This document shows, in pieces, positions 15,416-23,740 of a DNA stretch of 24,000 nt. Source of the stretch: an uncultured Chloroflexia bacterium. GTDB lineage: Bacteria > Chloroflexota > Anaerolineae > Anaerolineales > Villigracilaceae. Each line of letters starts with the position of its first letter. Within the stretch, counting starts at the first letter, position 1. The notes beneath the pieces are model-generated. The model saw only the letters and a list, made by a program, of their open reading frames with translations. It did not search any database and was not told where the DNA came from. Where the stretch lies: positions 154,922-178,921 of the forward strand of contig CAWHSJ010000008.1 of assembly GCA_963831885.1 (NCBI GenBank). The letters run 5' to 3'. The translations under genes were made by a program, and so were the position numbers.

Positions 15416-16948
15416 GTTGTAGTTTAGACTAACTGAAATGCCCCAGCCAGGCTGGGCAATTCGATTTGGACTAGCAAGAAAAAATCAGGCCGTTAGAATC
15501 GGCTGATTTTTTTTAGGACGACCTCTTTTAGGCTTTTGCCCTGGAATTTTAGGCTGTTGATGAGCTCTGACGACACGCCAGCGTTTCGAATAGATCAAAT
15601 CGAAGCGTTCTCGATGTTTGCGGACACGTCCAATGGACCAGCCGGGAGCAATTCCACGAGGTTTGCACACGCGGGTAGGTGTACCAATCGCCACGAGAAT
15701 GTTTTGCATGCCCTGGCAGACCCGACCAGGAGTCAAGTGGAGTTGCGATCTTTGCCAGGGTAAGGGGCTATCCTGAACAAAAGGACGGGCCAGCCACAGT
15801 TCCCAAGTAATCAATGGCATGAGATCGCTCCAACGTTGACCCTGGGAGGCAGTGCTCAGTCGGGGCAAGGTCCAGTGGAGTCTTCCCTTGGCAAAGCGGT
15901 ACCAATGGTCAATCGGGTAACGCCGGTTGTACAGCTTCCACCAATGATCCGGTGGGGTTTCACCAGCCCAGCCAAACCAGACGAGCTTCGGCTTCCGCCG
16001 AGTCCCCGGAGCTTGATCCCGTTCGATGCAAGCCACTTGCATACGGCAGTTCAAAGCCTTGCCGAAACGCAATCCATTCCAGACCCGGATCGTCACTGAA
16101 CCGAATTCGACCTCCGTCTCATTAAATACCTGATCTGGCGTCCACCAGGTGCTGGGATCCTGAAACTTGAATTTGAGACCATGTTTCGGATATGGCCCCC
16201 GCCCACGATAGGGCTTGGTGGGGCCTTCCAAAGACAAATTTGTTCGCAAACGCATGAGTTTATTCGCTTTCACATCGGCCGTTGCGGAGAGGAAAGCGGC
16301 ACAGCCATACTCCGAATCCCATAGGCTAATTGGGCGGATAATCAATTGCTGACATACTTGCCGCAGTTGTTGCGCCGCCTTTTCCACCGGTCTTTGATCA
16401 GAGATACGTTCATGCAGCAAGGGCAGCGCCCAACTCCCGTTGGATTCAGGAATGATCGCCAGGGTACTGTATCCGTGTCCGATGGTCACTGGACGATGCA
16501 CGGGAATAGGCGAATCCTGGTGCTGATAGCTGCGCCCGGCCAGCGTGCTGGCCCATAAACGTGGCCAGGCTGTATGATCCCCCGCCAAAATCAATTGTGT
16601 TTCGTCGGTGAGTTGTTGCAGATACAAGTGCAATAACCCTTCTCGATCGGGCCGACCATCCTGCAACGCTTCATAGGCACTCGACCATTTCCTCCGAAAG
16701 GCGGGAGCGCAGGACAGTTCCACAAAAGATTGGGGATGTTGCATTTGGATCACGGCATCGGTCAGTTCAAACAGGGCATCTTGAGCTTTCCCCATCAGAC
16801 TATACGCCGCTTGACGAAATACTATCAGTTTGCTAAAGTTGCCCTTAGCACAAGAGTTATGTTTGTCAGACATATCTCTATTGTGCATCTGGGCGACTTG
16901 TTCACACAAGCCGCCCAGATCCTTTACTCAAATAGTCTAAACTACAAC
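15416..16948 (-). mobile_element. IS4/IS701-superfamily insertion sequence (1533 bp) with 16-bp perfect terminal inverted repeats and a 6-8-bp target-site duplication
   Basis: The left inverted repeat is GTTGTAGTTTAGACTA (15416-15431). The right inverted repeat is TAGTCTAAACTACAAC (16933-16948). Direct repeats TTTCAT lie at 15410-15415 and 16949-16954. They extend to CTTTCATG if the outermost inverted-repeat base is counted as part of the duplication. Confidence 0.85.
15485..16909 (-). CDS. DDE transposase, IS4/IS701-like
   Basis: 474-aa ORF with a TTG start. Candidate catalytic regions are ILAGDHTAWPR and SLWDSEYG. The C-terminal YNRRYPIDHWYRFAKGRL fits the Y-2-R-3-E/D-6-K signature of IS4-superfamily transposases. 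Confidence 0.75.
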   Translation of the reverse strand: MCEQVAQMHNRDMSDKHNSCAKGNFSKLIVFRQAAYSLMGKAQDALFELTDAVIQMQHPQSFVELSCAPAFRRKWSSAYEALQDGRPDREGLLHLYLQQLTDETQLILAGDHTAWPRLWASTLAGRSYQHQDSPIPVHRPVTIGHGYSTLAIIPESNGSWALPLLHERISDQRPVEKAAQQLRQVCQQLIIRPISLWDSEYGCAAFLSATADVKANKLMRLRTNLSLEGPTKPYRGRGPYPKHGLKFKFQDPSTWWTPDQVFNETEVEFGSVTIRVWNGLRFGKALNCRMQVACIERDQAPGTRRKPKLVWFGWAGETPPDHWWKLYNRRYPIDHWYRFAKGRLHWTLPRLSTASQGQRWSDLMPLITWELWLARPFVQDSPLPWQRSQLHLTPGRVCQGMQNILVAIGTPTRVCKPRGIAPGWSIGRVRKHRERFDLIYSKRWRVVRAHQQPKIPGQKPKRGRPKKNQPILTA

Positions 16949-17050
16949 TTTCATGGCGGATTTTTTGTTAAGCACCCACTCTTGTTCTTCTGCTAGCCTG
17001 ACAGATTGGCTCACCTATCGTCGTGGAATAGATCTAAATTCGGCGATGAC

Positions 17051-17875
17051 CTATGGTCGCACGGTTGGACCGAAGATTGCGGCATAAGCCAGCGCGATTA
17101 CGACGCTGACGATGATCCACGGCCAACTGCGCGGCATAATGAAAGGCGCTTCGGAAGAAACCTTTTTTCGGTTCAACAGCTGCATCATCCAGGCCAGGCC
17201 GGAGGTGCCTCCAAGGCTTGAAGCGGCGGAGGAGATTAAGACGATCAGGATTCCATGCGGGTTGAGCAGGCCCACCAATATTGAGAGCACAGCGCCGGTC
17301 AGGTAAGATGTCAGCGAAAGCTTCTGCGCTCGGCCAACCCGCTCGTTGCCCTCGCCGCCGATCAGGCTGTCCATCTTTCGCAAAGAGACAAGAATGACCC
17401 CGATGTAGCTTACGATCCCGGCCACTGTAAGCCCAATGCGGTAGACCCATTCCGGTTGTATGCCGAAAAATACGCCGTCCGTTCCAGTGCCAAAATCACC
17501 GATCCCGCTTATCCCTGAAAAAAGGAGGTAGCCGGTTGCCGTCATCAAGCCGATGGTTCCGAGCAGCCATAAAAAGTATCGGAGATGAGTATTCGCTTTA
17601 TCTACGCGGCCGAACAGGAACAGACTCAACACGCCGGTTATCAAACTGACCACCGGTCCCGCCAGAGCTACAAGGCGGATGCTCAAAGCCGGCATGGAGC
17701 CATATGTACAGTCCACATAAAACGCGCCTAATTCGGCCGGGTGTCCGCCCAGCAAGACACAGGTCAGGGCATGACCGAGGTGCTCGTGCAACAGGACCCC
17801 TACGGTATAGGCCATCATTGAGAGAGCCACTACCGTGAGAATGTCGGTTATCGGTTTTACTTTGTTTTGGTTCAT
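17051..17875 (-). CDS. Integral-membrane zinc metallopeptidase, M50B-like (HExxH within TM1)
   Basis: 274-aa polytopic ORF with LLHEHLGHALTCVLLGG near the N-terminus. Its start overlaps the upstream stop codon (ATGA at 17872-17875). Confidence 0.6.
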   Translation of the reverse strand: MNQNKVKPITDILTVVALSMMAYTVGVLLHEHLGHALTCVLLGGHPAELGAFYVDCTYGSMPALSIRLVALAGPVVSLITGVLSLFLFGRVDKANTHLRYFLWLLGTIGLMTATGYLLFSGISGIGDFGTGTDGVFFGIQPEWVYRIGLTVAGIVSYIGVILVSLRKMDSLIGGEGNERVGRAQKLSLTSYLTGAVLSILVGLLNPHGILIVLISSAASSLGGTSGLAWMMQLLNRKKVSSEAPFIMPRSWPWIIVSVVIALAYAAIFGPTVRP

Positions 17876-18456
17876 TGTTCGCCTCGCTGGTAGCGCATGA
17901 ACACCACACCTGTAGGTAAGGCGGTTGCCTCCACCAATTTAAGATTAAGGCGGGTTCCATTCGGGAACAATCGCTTGCCGATGCCCAGCACGATGGGATA
18001 GACGTGCAAATCGTACTCGTCCACCAGGCCATTCTCTGCCAGCAGACGGTTCAGTATGCTGCTCCCATCCATCAGGATATTCTTGCCGGGCTGCTCTTTT
18101 AACTGGCGTACAGCCTCCACAACATGGTCGCGGATGATAGTGGAATTCCGCCAGGCAGTACCGGATTTCAAAGTAGTGGACACCACATACTTGTGGATGT
18201 TGTTCATCGTATCGGCGAAGGGATCACCTGAGGCCGGTTCAAAGGCCCCTCCATGGATTAGCCAGGTCTTTCGGCCTAGTAGGAGCGTATCCGCCTGGGA
18301 TATTATTTGAAAGAAGTGATTGCCAATATCATCATGCCAATACGGCCGCGTCCAACCTCCGTAAGTAAAGCCGCCATCGGTATCTTCGGATGCGCCTCCT
18401 GGCGCCTGGATCACACCATCCAGCGTGATGAACTCACCAACGATAAGTTTTCTCAT
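17872..18456 (-). CDS. Dihydrofolate-reductase-family protein (RibD C-terminal domain-like)
   Basis: I chose the start at MRKLIVGEFITLDGV because GAGGA lies upstream; the listed ORF has 20 extra codons. The pattern is typical of the RibD_C family: ...LLLGRKTW...KYVVSTTL...ILMDGSSILNRLL...DEYDLHVYPIVLGIGKRLF. Confidence 0.75.
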   Translation of the reverse strand: MRKLIVGEFITLDGVIQAPGGASEDTDGGFTYGGWTRPYWHDDIGNHFFQIISQADTLLLGRKTWLIHGGAFEPASGDPFADTMNNIHKYVVSTTLKSGTAWRNSTIIRDHVVEAVRQLKEQPGKNILMDGSSILNRLLAENGLVDEYDLHVYPIVLGIGKRLFPNGTRLNLKLVEATALPTGVVFMRYQRGEQ

Positions 18457-18634
18457 GCCTTTCCTCGTAATAAGAATGGATTTAACCTGATTTCCGTTCA
18501 TCAGAATCGGATGCACTCTGATGATTAGGTGAATAAGAATATGATCACGAACAACAATCGTAGTCTAGGATAGTGCTCCATTTTTCTCAAGGGTTCTTAT
18601 TTCCTATAATGGTAAATGATTTCACCTCTCATAT

Positions 18635-18685
18635 TTCTGTTATCCGTATATACAGCACCCCCTTGGGGGCACCGTATATACGGAT
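18635..18685. repeat. REP-like palindromic element, copy B (the most complete copy)
   Basis: The sequence is TTCTGTT ATCCGTATATAC AGCA CCCCCTTGGGGG CACC GTATATACGGAT. It has 12-bp perfect inverted arms (18642-18653 and 18674-18685) around the C5-TT-G5 core (18658-18669). It is intergenic. Confidence 0.7.
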
Positions 18686-18699
18686 ATTACATACGTAAG

Positions 18700-18730
18700 A
18701 GTTTTCCCCGGAAATAATCCGGGGAAAACT
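18700..18730 (-). terminator. Strong hairpin (13-bp stem) downstream of the ABC-2 operon; a likely terminator
   Basis: The sequence is AGTTTTCCCCGGA-AATAA-TCCGGGGAAAACT. It lies 65 nt after the permease stop codon at 18795. The U/A tracts are part of the stem, so it could act in either direction. Confidence 0.5.
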
Positions 18731-18794
18731 GTTTAATCCAAACGATCTCGCCAGGTCCATCCTCCTGCCTGATGAGTTTGTAATTCTGATTGGT

Positions 18795-19652
18795 CTAGGA
18801 GGTCTTCCTGTGTTTCAACAGGAACGGCAGCCGCCAGCTGCCTTCTCCGCTCAGCCGGATGTCACGCCGCAGGAAGCGCAGCCAGGCTGCAGCCATCATC
18901 AGGACGCTGATGCCCAGCAGGGTGAACAGCCAGACCCAGTTCAACTCCTGGAAGGACAGGACGGTCTGGAAATAGTGATACGGCATGAGTGTTGCCAGGG
19001 CTGCCAAGCGCTCGTCCATAAAACCCAGGGACGAGACAAAGTAGCTGGCCGCCACGACCACCCCGGTCACCATCGCCGCCAGGCTGCGCGAGGGTAGGAA
19101 CATGCTCAGCAGCAGCGCAAGCATCGCATAGAGCCAGGTCTGAGCCAATAGGGACAAGAAGGGGACGATCATCTGGCCCCAGTCAAATCCCAGACTGGAC
19201 CCGCCCAGCATGACGCTGAACCCCAGCCAGCCCAGGAGCATGATCGACACGGCCGCGCCCAGGATGCCCAGCGACCGGCCGAAGAAGAATGCCGAACGCC
19301 CGACCGGATGGGCCATGATCAAGTCCAGGCGGCCGCGCTCCTCGTCGTTGACGATCAAGCCGCTTCCCACCAGCACGGCGAAGATACCGATGATGACCGG
19401 CATCATCGAGAAAGCATACATCCCAAGGAAACCGGCTGGCGTGAGCATGCTGCTGGCATCCCCCCCAAAGAAGGCCAGGAACTCAGGCGGGTAGGAGGCG
19501 ATCATCTGCTGGAGCTGCTCTTGCTGCGCCCCCAGGGCATCATACATGGGAACAACCATCAGGCCGTAGATGGCCAATCCCAGGCCCCAGCCCAGGATCT
19601 GGCCGCGCAGGCCGAGGAATGTGTAGAGAAAAGTCGTCCATAAGCGTTTCAT
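18795..19652 (-). CDS. ABC-2-type transporter permease
   Basis: 285-aa ORF with six predicted TM helices, located 25 nt downstream of the ATPase gene. This is the typical ABC-2 permease layout, with a long first loop followed by clustered helices. Confidence 0.75.
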   Translation of the reverse strand: MKRLWTTFLYTFLGLRGQILGWGLGLAIYGLMVVPMYDALGAQQEQLQQMIASYPPEFLAFFGGDASSMLTPAGFLGMYAFSMMPVIIGIFAVLVGSGLIVNDEERGRLDLIMAHPVGRSAFFFGRSLGILGAAVSIMLLGWLGFSVMLGGSSLGFDWGQMIVPFLSLLAQTWLYAMLALLLSMFLPSRSLAAMVTGVVVAASYFVSSLGFMDERLAALATLMPYHYFQTVLSFQELNWVWLFTLLGISVLMMAAAWLRFLRRDIRLSGEGSWRLPFLLKHRKTS

Positions 19653-19677
19653 GGTATTTACTCCTTGTTTTCAAACG

Positions 19678-20598
19678 TTATTTCTTGTAGTAGGTCAGGA
19701 ACACTTCTTCCAGGCTGGGGCGCTCGCTCTCCAGATCCAGGATGGGCAGCTGGCCCAAAGCCTGTACCAACTTCTCCATATCGCCGGTCACCTGCAACTT
19801 AACACTGGTCTGCCCGCTCCCACTTAGGAGCTCCACCCCTGGCAACCTGCCGAGCTCGGTCACGTCGACCGGCTTCTTGAAGCGCACCGTCAGGCGGTTC
19901 AACGCCCGCCGGGTGAGGCTGGTGGTTTCGGCGATTTCGACGATCTTCCCGGCCCGGATGATCGCCACCCGCCCGGCCACGTTCTCAACCTCGCTCATGA
20001 TGTGCGAGCTGAAGAAGATGGTCGCCCCGGCGGAATTCGCCTCGCGCAACAGGCCAAGGACTGCCTGCTGGATCAATGGGTCAAGCCCGCTGGTTGGTTC
20101 GTCCAGCAGCAGCAGTTCGGGGTGGTGCATTAACGCCTGGATGATACCGATCTTCTGCTTGTTGCCCTTGGACAGGTTCTTGATCTGCGGTTTCAGGTCG
20201 AGGTCCAGACGTTCGGCCAACTGGCGTACGTAGCTCCATTCGACGCGGTCACCCCGCATGGCACAGAAGAAGCGCAGTTGGCGTTCGGCTGTCAGGTTGT
20301 CGTAATACTGCATTTCGCCTGGCAGGTAACCCGTTCGTGCCTGAACGACCACCGGCTCGACCTGCGGGTCCAACCCCAGCAGCCTGGCTTTCCCGCCATC
20401 CGGGCGGATCATGTCCAGCAGGCAGCGGATCGTGGTGGTTTTACCGGCACCGTTCGGGCCGAGGAAACCAAAGATCTCGCCCTGGTGTACTTCCAGGTCA
20501 ATGCCGCGCAAGGCTTGCACCTTGCCATAGGATTTGGTCAACCCCTGGACCTGGATGGCCAGATTTTGATCGGGATTGCCAGCATGAGTTGCATCCAT
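19678..20598 (-). CDS. ABC transporter ATP-binding protein (ABC-2/DrrA-NatA-like)
   Basis: I chose the start at MDATHAG because AAGGAGG lies 7 nt upstream; the listed ORF has 65 extra codons. Motifs: Walker A GPNGAGKTT, signature LSKGNKQK, Walker B LLLLDEPTSGLD, H-loop FFSSHIM. Confidence 0.9.
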   Translation of the reverse strand: MDATHAGNPDQNLAIQVQGLTKSYGKVQALRGIDLEVHQGEIFGFLGPNGAGKTTTIRCLLDMIRPDGGKARLLGLDPQVEPVVVQARTGYLPGEMQYYDNLTAERQLRFFCAMRGDRVEWSYVRQLAERLDLDLKPQIKNLSKGNKQKIGIIQALMHHPELLLLDEPTSGLDPLIQQAVLGLLREANSAGATIFFSSHIMSEVENVAGRVAIIRAGKIVEIAETTSLTRRALNRLTVRFKKPVDVTELGRLPGVELLSGSGQTSVKLQVTGDMEKLVQALGQLPILDLESERPSLEEVFLTYYKK

Positions 20599-20609
20599 AG
20601 AAAACCTCC

Positions 20610-20879
20610 TTACTCCATAGTAGAAATGATTGCGGGATCGACTTCCTGTACAGACCGTAAGACCAGGTTCAGATCCCATATCCGGTTCAGCAGGCTGCGC
20701 AGGGCAGCCTGGTCGATCGATACTCCACTTAAGGTTGTCACCTGGACACCATCGGCCTCCTTTTGCGAGACAAGCCGCATGCCACCCAACCATTCCGACC
20801 AGGTTGCATCGATCTTCCCTTCAACCGTGATTCGGTAGTACCTGAACATGCGGGGCGATATACTCTTCTCATTGGACAT
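20610..20879 (-). CDS. Small hypothetical protein (89 aa) heading the ABC-2 operon
   Basis: I chose the start at MSNEKSIS because GGAG lies 7 nt upstream. The sequence is ...FRYYRITVEGKIDATWSEWLGGMRLVSQKEADGVQVTTLSGVSIDQAALRSLLNRIWDLNLVLRSVQEV. The stop codon lies 11 nt before the ATPase start codon. I can name no family with confidence. Confidence 0.6.
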   Translation of the reverse strand: MSNEKSISPRMFRYYRITVEGKIDATWSEWLGGMRLVSQKEADGVQVTTLSGVSIDQAALRSLLNRIWDLNLVLRSVQEVDPAIISTME

Positions 20880-20886
20880 AAACAAA

Positions 20887-20913
20887 CTCCAGTATGTCCC
20901 AAGCATACTGGAG
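20887..20913 (-). promoter_or_regulatory. Perfect 10-bp inverted repeat that sequesters the Shine-Dalgarno sequence of the small ORF (or serves as a LuxR-type operator)
   Basis: In mRNA sense the sequence is CUCCAGUAUG-cuuggga-CAUACUGGAG-uuuguuu-AUG. The 3' arm contains the GGAG Shine-Dalgarno sequence and the 5' arm contains the anti-SD CUCC. Confidence 0.5.
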
Positions 20914-20979
20914 GTGTGGTACTGGTGTGACCGGCTGAAAGTATGGTCGAAGTACTGTTTTAGGGGAACGCCTGCATGC

Positions 20980-23706
20980 CTACCCGGCGGTGAAAAGGCC
21001 CAGGCTGCGCGCCCGGGCGACGGCCTGGGTGCGGTTCTTGACGCCAAGTTTCCCGAAGATTTTGGCGATATGACCTTTTACCGTGCTCAAAGAAATATAT
21101 AACCGCCCGGCGATCTCAATGTTGGACAACCCTGCCGCCATCCACTGCAGCACTTCCAGTTCACGCTCGCTAAGCGCTTCGATCAGGCCTTCCTCCGGGG
21201 AATTTCCGGGCGATCGGACACTCTGGCTTTCTTCCGTAAGGACTCCCAGTAGTCTTCCGGCGTAAACGGGGGATACTTCCCGGGCCACGGCCTGGTAAAG
21301 GAGTTTGGCCATGGGCTCACCCTCGTCAACAAACGTGCGCTGGTAGCCTTCCGGCTCAGCCAGGGAAAGCGCTTTCCCGAGGGCGCTCAGAGCCTGATCG
21401 AGTGCCCCTGTTTGATGCAGGGCGATTGCCTTCAGGATCAGGAGTTCGATGATCCTGCGTTGATAGCCTCTTTTTTCTGCCAGGGACTGCAGGAAGTTGA
21501 TCATTTCAAGCGCTTGTTCGGATTGCCTCTGCGCCAGGGTCAGGCGGATCACGACGAGGTACTCAGCCTGGAGTAGTTCATTGATGGCCGCATTCCGGGC
21601 GGCTTCGCCAAACACATCGGCAGGCGTTCGGCCCAGAAAACCACGTTTGTCTGCCCATTGGACGACCGGATCCAGTTCGCCACGGGCGATCCAGTAGCGC
21701 GCCTGCATCACCTCCACCAGCCGGTCATCCATCAGCGTGGACTTGCTGGCAAGCGCCTGCTGGCGCGCCCTGTCGATATAGGATTGCGCAGCCGGCCATT
21801 CTTTCTTGTTCAAAGAAACTCTGGCAATGGCCAGGAAAGCCAGCGGGAGCCCGATCTCCGAAAAAGATTCCATCATCCCTGCAGCCTCGAGCAGGTATTT
21901 TTGGGCCGCCTCCAGGTTTCCCTGCTCCCGCAGCATCTCCCCCAGGTTGAGCAAGGTCTTGCCGATCACAGGTGTTTGTTTGCCGATTTGTTCGTTGGCC
22001 AGCTCCACCACCTGCTGGCAGGTAGCGATGGCAGCGCGCATATGCCCCTGGACGTAGCGCAGTCCTGCCAGGTTGGTGAGCGCCAGGAGAGCCATCATGG
22101 TATTTCCGGACTGCATGGCAATCTCCACCACTTGTTCGAATGCACGGCTGCCAGCCTCGATATCTCCCGCCAGTGTATATGCCATCCCCAGGCTGTCTGC
22201 TGCCAGGCTGCGGAAGAAGCTGCGCTCTGCTGGAAGTTGTTGCAGTGCCTGTTCCGACAGTTGCCTGGCGTCGGTGGATTTCCCTTGAAGAATGGCCAAC
22301 AGCGCCTGGACCGTCGTGGCTTCGCCCTGGAACTGGTCCAGGCTCCCGGCTTCAGCCATCTCCTGGAAAAGAACGGCTGCCTCCTGGGGTGGCCGCCCGC
22401 AGAAGATCAATGCAAATCCTTTCAGGGATCCGAGAACCGGACGCCTCAGGATCATCTCTTGTGGCAGGGCTTCCAGCCAGCGCAGCAGGGTGGTGGCCTC
22501 CCCATGCATCAGCAGACCTTCTGCAATCTGTTCGATCATTTTTGCAGCCTGCTCGTCATTCTTACCGGCAAGGGCATGTTCGATGGCGAGATCGACCGCG
22601 CCGTTCTCCTCAAACCATACACTTGCCCGGTTGTGCAGTTCGCCAACACTTCCTCCATACATGGACTGAAGCCGTTTTCGCAGCAGGTCGGCAAAAAGGA
22701 TATGGTACCGGTACCAGGCACCCTGCCTGTCCAGGGACACGATGAACAGGTTTTCATCCTTGAGCTGCTCGAGAGTCGACTGGGCTCCGGCCTGTCCTGT
22801 TACTGCTTCGCACAGTGAAGCCGATAATCGTTCCAGGATCGAGGTCTTCAGCAGGAAGGTCCGTACTCGCTCAGGCAAGCGGCTCAGCACTTCATCGGTC
22901 AGGTAATCGGCGATGAACTCGTGTTCCCCGGAAAAGGCTTCAAAAAAGGCGGATCGGTTCTGCACATCCAGCAGGGAAATGGCAGCTAATTGCAATCCCG
23001 AGATCCAGCCCTCTGTATGTGTCGCCAGGAAGCTTACTTGCTCGGGAGACAATACCAGGCCCATGGTTTGGTTGGCATAATCCCCCACCTCTTCGGGCAG
23101 AAAACACAGTTCCTCCTGGCGCAGTTCAACCAACTGTCCCCGGGCGCGCAGACGAGCCAGCGGCAGGGACGGATCTGCACGCGTCACCAGCACCAGGCAC
23201 AACTGTTGCGGCTGGTGGTCTACCAGGAATGCAATGAAGCCCTGGATGGATTCGGTGGTGAGCAGGTGAAAGTCGTCCAGGACAAGGAAAAAACGCCCGG
23301 GAATTTTATTCAATTCGTTGATGAGCAATGTCGCCAGGACCGGGACCGGCGGAGGTTTGTGGGTTTGCAAAACCTTGAGCACCCCCTCTCCGAACTTCGG
23401 ACGGATACCTCGTAAAGCCGTAATAAAATAGGTCAGAAAACGGGTCAGATCATTGTCCCCGCGCTCCAACGTCAGCCAGGCAAACTGATCGGGATGGATC
23501 TTCTGCGAGGTCTGGAGCCAATCACTGACGATTGTCGTCTTACCATAGCCGGCTGGTCCACAGACCAACGTCAGTGTGGTATTCTGGTTCAGGCTCTGAT
23601 CCAACAACCGCAACAGCCGCGGGCGTCGTACGATCTTAGCGCCGGTTGAAGGGATATTGAACTTGGTCGAAAGCAGTGGGAGGAACAAATTGGCCTGCTG
23701 CATCAA
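20980..23706 (-). CDS. MalT/LAL-type LuxR-family transcriptional regulator (STAND ATPase, TPR-like repeats and a C-terminal LuxR HTH)
   Basis: 908-aa ORF. Walker A is CGPAGYGKTT and Walker B-like is FFLVLDDFH. A long helical-repeat middle region follows. The C-terminal LSERELEVLQWMAAGLSNIEIAGRLYISLSTVKGHIAKIFGKLGVKNRTQAV is a canonical LuxR/GerE HTH. The start may be ATG 23703 rather than TTG 23706. Confidence 0.9.
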   Translation of the reverse strand: MMQQANLFLPLLSTKFNIPSTGAKIVRRPRLLRLLDQSLNQNTTLTLVCGPAGYGKTTIVSDWLQTSQKIHPDQFAWLTLERGDNDLTRFLTYFITALRGIRPKFGEGVLKVLQTHKPPPVPVLATLLINELNKIPGRFFLVLDDFHLLTTESIQGFIAFLVDHQPQQLCLVLVTRADPSLPLARLRARGQLVELRQEELCFLPEEVGDYANQTMGLVLSPEQVSFLATHTEGWISGLQLAAISLLDVQNRSAFFEAFSGEHEFIADYLTDEVLSRLPERVRTFLLKTSILERLSASLCEAVTGQAGAQSTLEQLKDENLFIVSLDRQGAWYRYHILFADLLRKRLQSMYGGSVGELHNRASVWFEENGAVDLAIEHALAGKNDEQAAKMIEQIAEGLLMHGEATTLLRWLEALPQEMILRRPVLGSLKGFALIFCGRPPQEAAVLFQEMAEAGSLDQFQGEATTVQALLAILQGKSTDARQLSEQALQQLPAERSFFRSLAADSLGMAYTLAGDIEAGSRAFEQVVEIAMQSGNTMMALLALTNLAGLRYVQGHMRAAIATCQQVVELANEQIGKQTPVIGKTLLNLGEMLREQGNLEAAQKYLLEAAGMMESFSEIGLPLAFLAIARVSLNKKEWPAAQSYIDRARQQALASKSTLMDDRLVEVMQARYWIARGELDPVVQWADKRGFLGRTPADVFGEAARNAAINELLQAEYLVVIRLTLAQRQSEQALEMINFLQSLAEKRGYQRRIIELLILKAIALHQTGALDQALSALGKALSLAEPEGYQRTFVDEGEPMAKLLYQAVAREVSPVYAGRLLGVLTEESQSVRSPGNSPEEGLIEALSERELEVLQWMAAGLSNIEIAGRLYISLSTVKGHIAKIFGKLGVKNRTQAVARARSLGLFTAG

Positions 23707-23740
23707 TTATGGAGTTGTTTTGATATCGATCCTTGATAGG

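Noticed and set aside
18605-18730. A possible plus-strand sRNA running from a perfect TATAAT (18605-18610) through the copy B hairpin to the strong hairpin at 18700-18730.
   Set aside because: There is no acceptable -35 element (TTTTCT). The terminal hairpin is better explained as the terminator of the minus-strand ABC-2 operon. Copies A and C lack the TATAAT. I keep it only as a low-probability alternative, testable by RNA-seq.
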